From positions 23,544,612 to 23,608,611 of the forward strand of contig NC_057718.1 of NCBI RefSeq assembly GCF_004010195.1: DNA of 64,000 bases. The letters run 5' to 3'. Below the pieces are notes generated by a model that saw only the letters and a list, made by a program, of their open reading frames with translations, searched no databases and was not told the DNA's origin. The DNA is from Chiloscyllium plagiosum (lineage: Eukaryota). Positions 62,640-64,000 of the stretch are shown here, piece after piece (the stretch's first letter is position 1; each line of letters starts with the position of its first letter). Both the position numbers and the translations under genes were made by a program.

Positions 62640-63185
62640 AGTTCTGAAAGGGTTGCAGAAGCCGAGAGACCTGAGGGCATATGTGCATAAGTCAGCGATG
62701 GTGGCTAGGCAGGTCAAGGGGATACTTACTAAAGCATATAGTGCACTATGCATTGGGGTACAGTGTACAAAAGCAAGGAAGTTATGCTAAACTGGATAGA
62801 ACACTGCCTCAACGTCAAATATTCTGGAAACTTTAGGAAAGACCGAAGGGCATTCAAGAAGTTCAGAAAAGGTTCATGAAATTCACTCCAGGCATGAGGA
62901 AGCTCAATCACCTTGATAGATAGGGGAAGATGGGGCTGTTCCGTTTTGCAAAGAGAAGGTTGAGAGCAGACTTCCTCGATGGATTCAAAATCATAAGACC
63001 TACAGTAGATCGGGAAAGGATGCTGTCATTTGGTGGAAGGATTAAGAAGCAGTGGGCACAACTTTAAGATACTTGGTTCAAGAAAAGGAAATACAGACAT
63101 CAGCAGGTAATTAGGATATAGAATGCACTGTCTAAGAATATGGAAGTAGATATAATCTGAGTAATCATGGGGTAATTAGATTTTG
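62640..63185 (+). mobile_element. Old CR1 fragment (continues at ~63525-63655)
   Basis: gtacaaaagcaaggaagttatgctaaac...agagaaggttgagagcagac. Confidence 0.7.
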
Positions 63186-63189
63186 TTTT

Positions 63190-63515
63190 TAATTCACTCA
63201 TGGAATCTGGGTATTGCTGGCTGTATTGCCCATCCCTATTTGCCCTTGAGAACGTGGTGGTGAGTTGCCCCCTTGAACTGTTGCAGTCCATGAGCTGATG
63301 GTTGACCTGTAACACTGTTAGGGAGGCAGTTCCAGAACTTTGACCCAATGACACTGGATTTACAGTGATATATTTCTGAGTTAGGATGGTGAGTGGCTTG
63401 GAGGGGAGCTTGTAGATGGTGATGTTCCCATATATCTGCTGCTCTTGTCCTTCCAGATGGAAGTGATTGTGGGTTTGGAAGGAGCCTTGGCGAATTTCTG
63501 CAGTGCATCCTGAAG
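63190..63515 (-). mobile_element. 3' end of a second CR1/L2-group LINE family
   Basis: MHCRNSPRLL..P.PLP.RTRAA...SV.GSK.WN.LP...GLQQFK...HHH.LKG; tail gggatgggcaata...ccatgagtgaattaaaa. Confidence 0.75.
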
Positions 63516-63879
63516 ATGGCTCAGCATCAAAATATGGAAAGGAAGAGTGTGTATAACTACAGGGAGAAGGTAGAAGAGTGGCAGTGGGAGAATTCTCCTT
63601 CAGAGAGCCAGCACAGACACACCTGACTAATGTTCTTCTTTAGTGCTGTAACCATTTCATGAAGTTGAGGTCAGAAATGGTGAGAGGTGGATAGGAGCAA
63701 AATATTGTGATATGTCACACAGTTAGTGTGCAGTATCCATTTGAAACATGTTCATAATGTAAAGAAAACATCATAACATATGACCTGAGGTTATAACTTT
63801 CTCCAACTCCAACACATGTTGATGAAAGCTGGCAACTGTTGGTAACTGGATAACTTGATATTAGTCCAGATGCTGAAGC

Positions 63880-64000
63880 ACTTGGCACAAAGAAAGATGG
63901 TTATGGCGGTTGAGGTCAGTCATCTCAACTCCAGGACATCTCTGCAGGAGTTCCTCAGGGTTGTGTCCTAGGCCCAATCACCTTCAGCTCCTTCATAAAC
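63880..64000 (+). mobile_element. Non-LTR RT fragment, runs off window end
   Basis: QSSQLQDISAGVPQGCVLGPITFSSFIN. Confidence 0.8.

Noticed and set aside
1..64000. Host protein-coding gene
   Set aside because: No ORF or exon with recognisable cellular protein similarity; only weak splice-signal candidates, listed as findings.

Overview
Eukaryotic, repeat-dense, apparently intronic or intergenic DNA from an elasmobranch. The taxon is inferred from HE1/V-SINEs, HER1-like CR1 LINEs and Deu-domain SINEs; a carpet/bamboo shark is a weaker guess. I cannot support any host protein-coding exon: the longer ORFs are transposon fragments, their antisense shadows, or chimeras across insertion junctions. 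Content: many CR1 LINE copies (one near full-length with ORF1 esterase and APE-RT ORF2, interrupted by a nested CR1), a decayed Tx1/L1-clade retrotransposon, several tRNA-derived SINE families, a full-length decayed hAT (Buster/Charlie/SPIN-type) transposon with TIRs, a Tigger-like MITE, a Harbinger Myb/SANT relic and a 46-bp minisatellite. The most interesting signal is about a dozen short Penelope-like element (PLE) terminal-repeat insertions. Most carry a minimal type I hammerhead ribozyme motif (CUGANGA-A-stem II-GAAA-CGUC/GCUA) whose stems covary between families. Many form fold-back palindromes with 11-16 bp target-site duplications, and their variable end often overlaps the TSD by microhomology. 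PLE hammerheads are known in general, so this is at most a lineage-specific variant and not proven novel. There is also a ~254-bp locally templated inverted duplication and a few weak exon/enhancer candidates. Boundaries of old repeats are approximate (read by eye).
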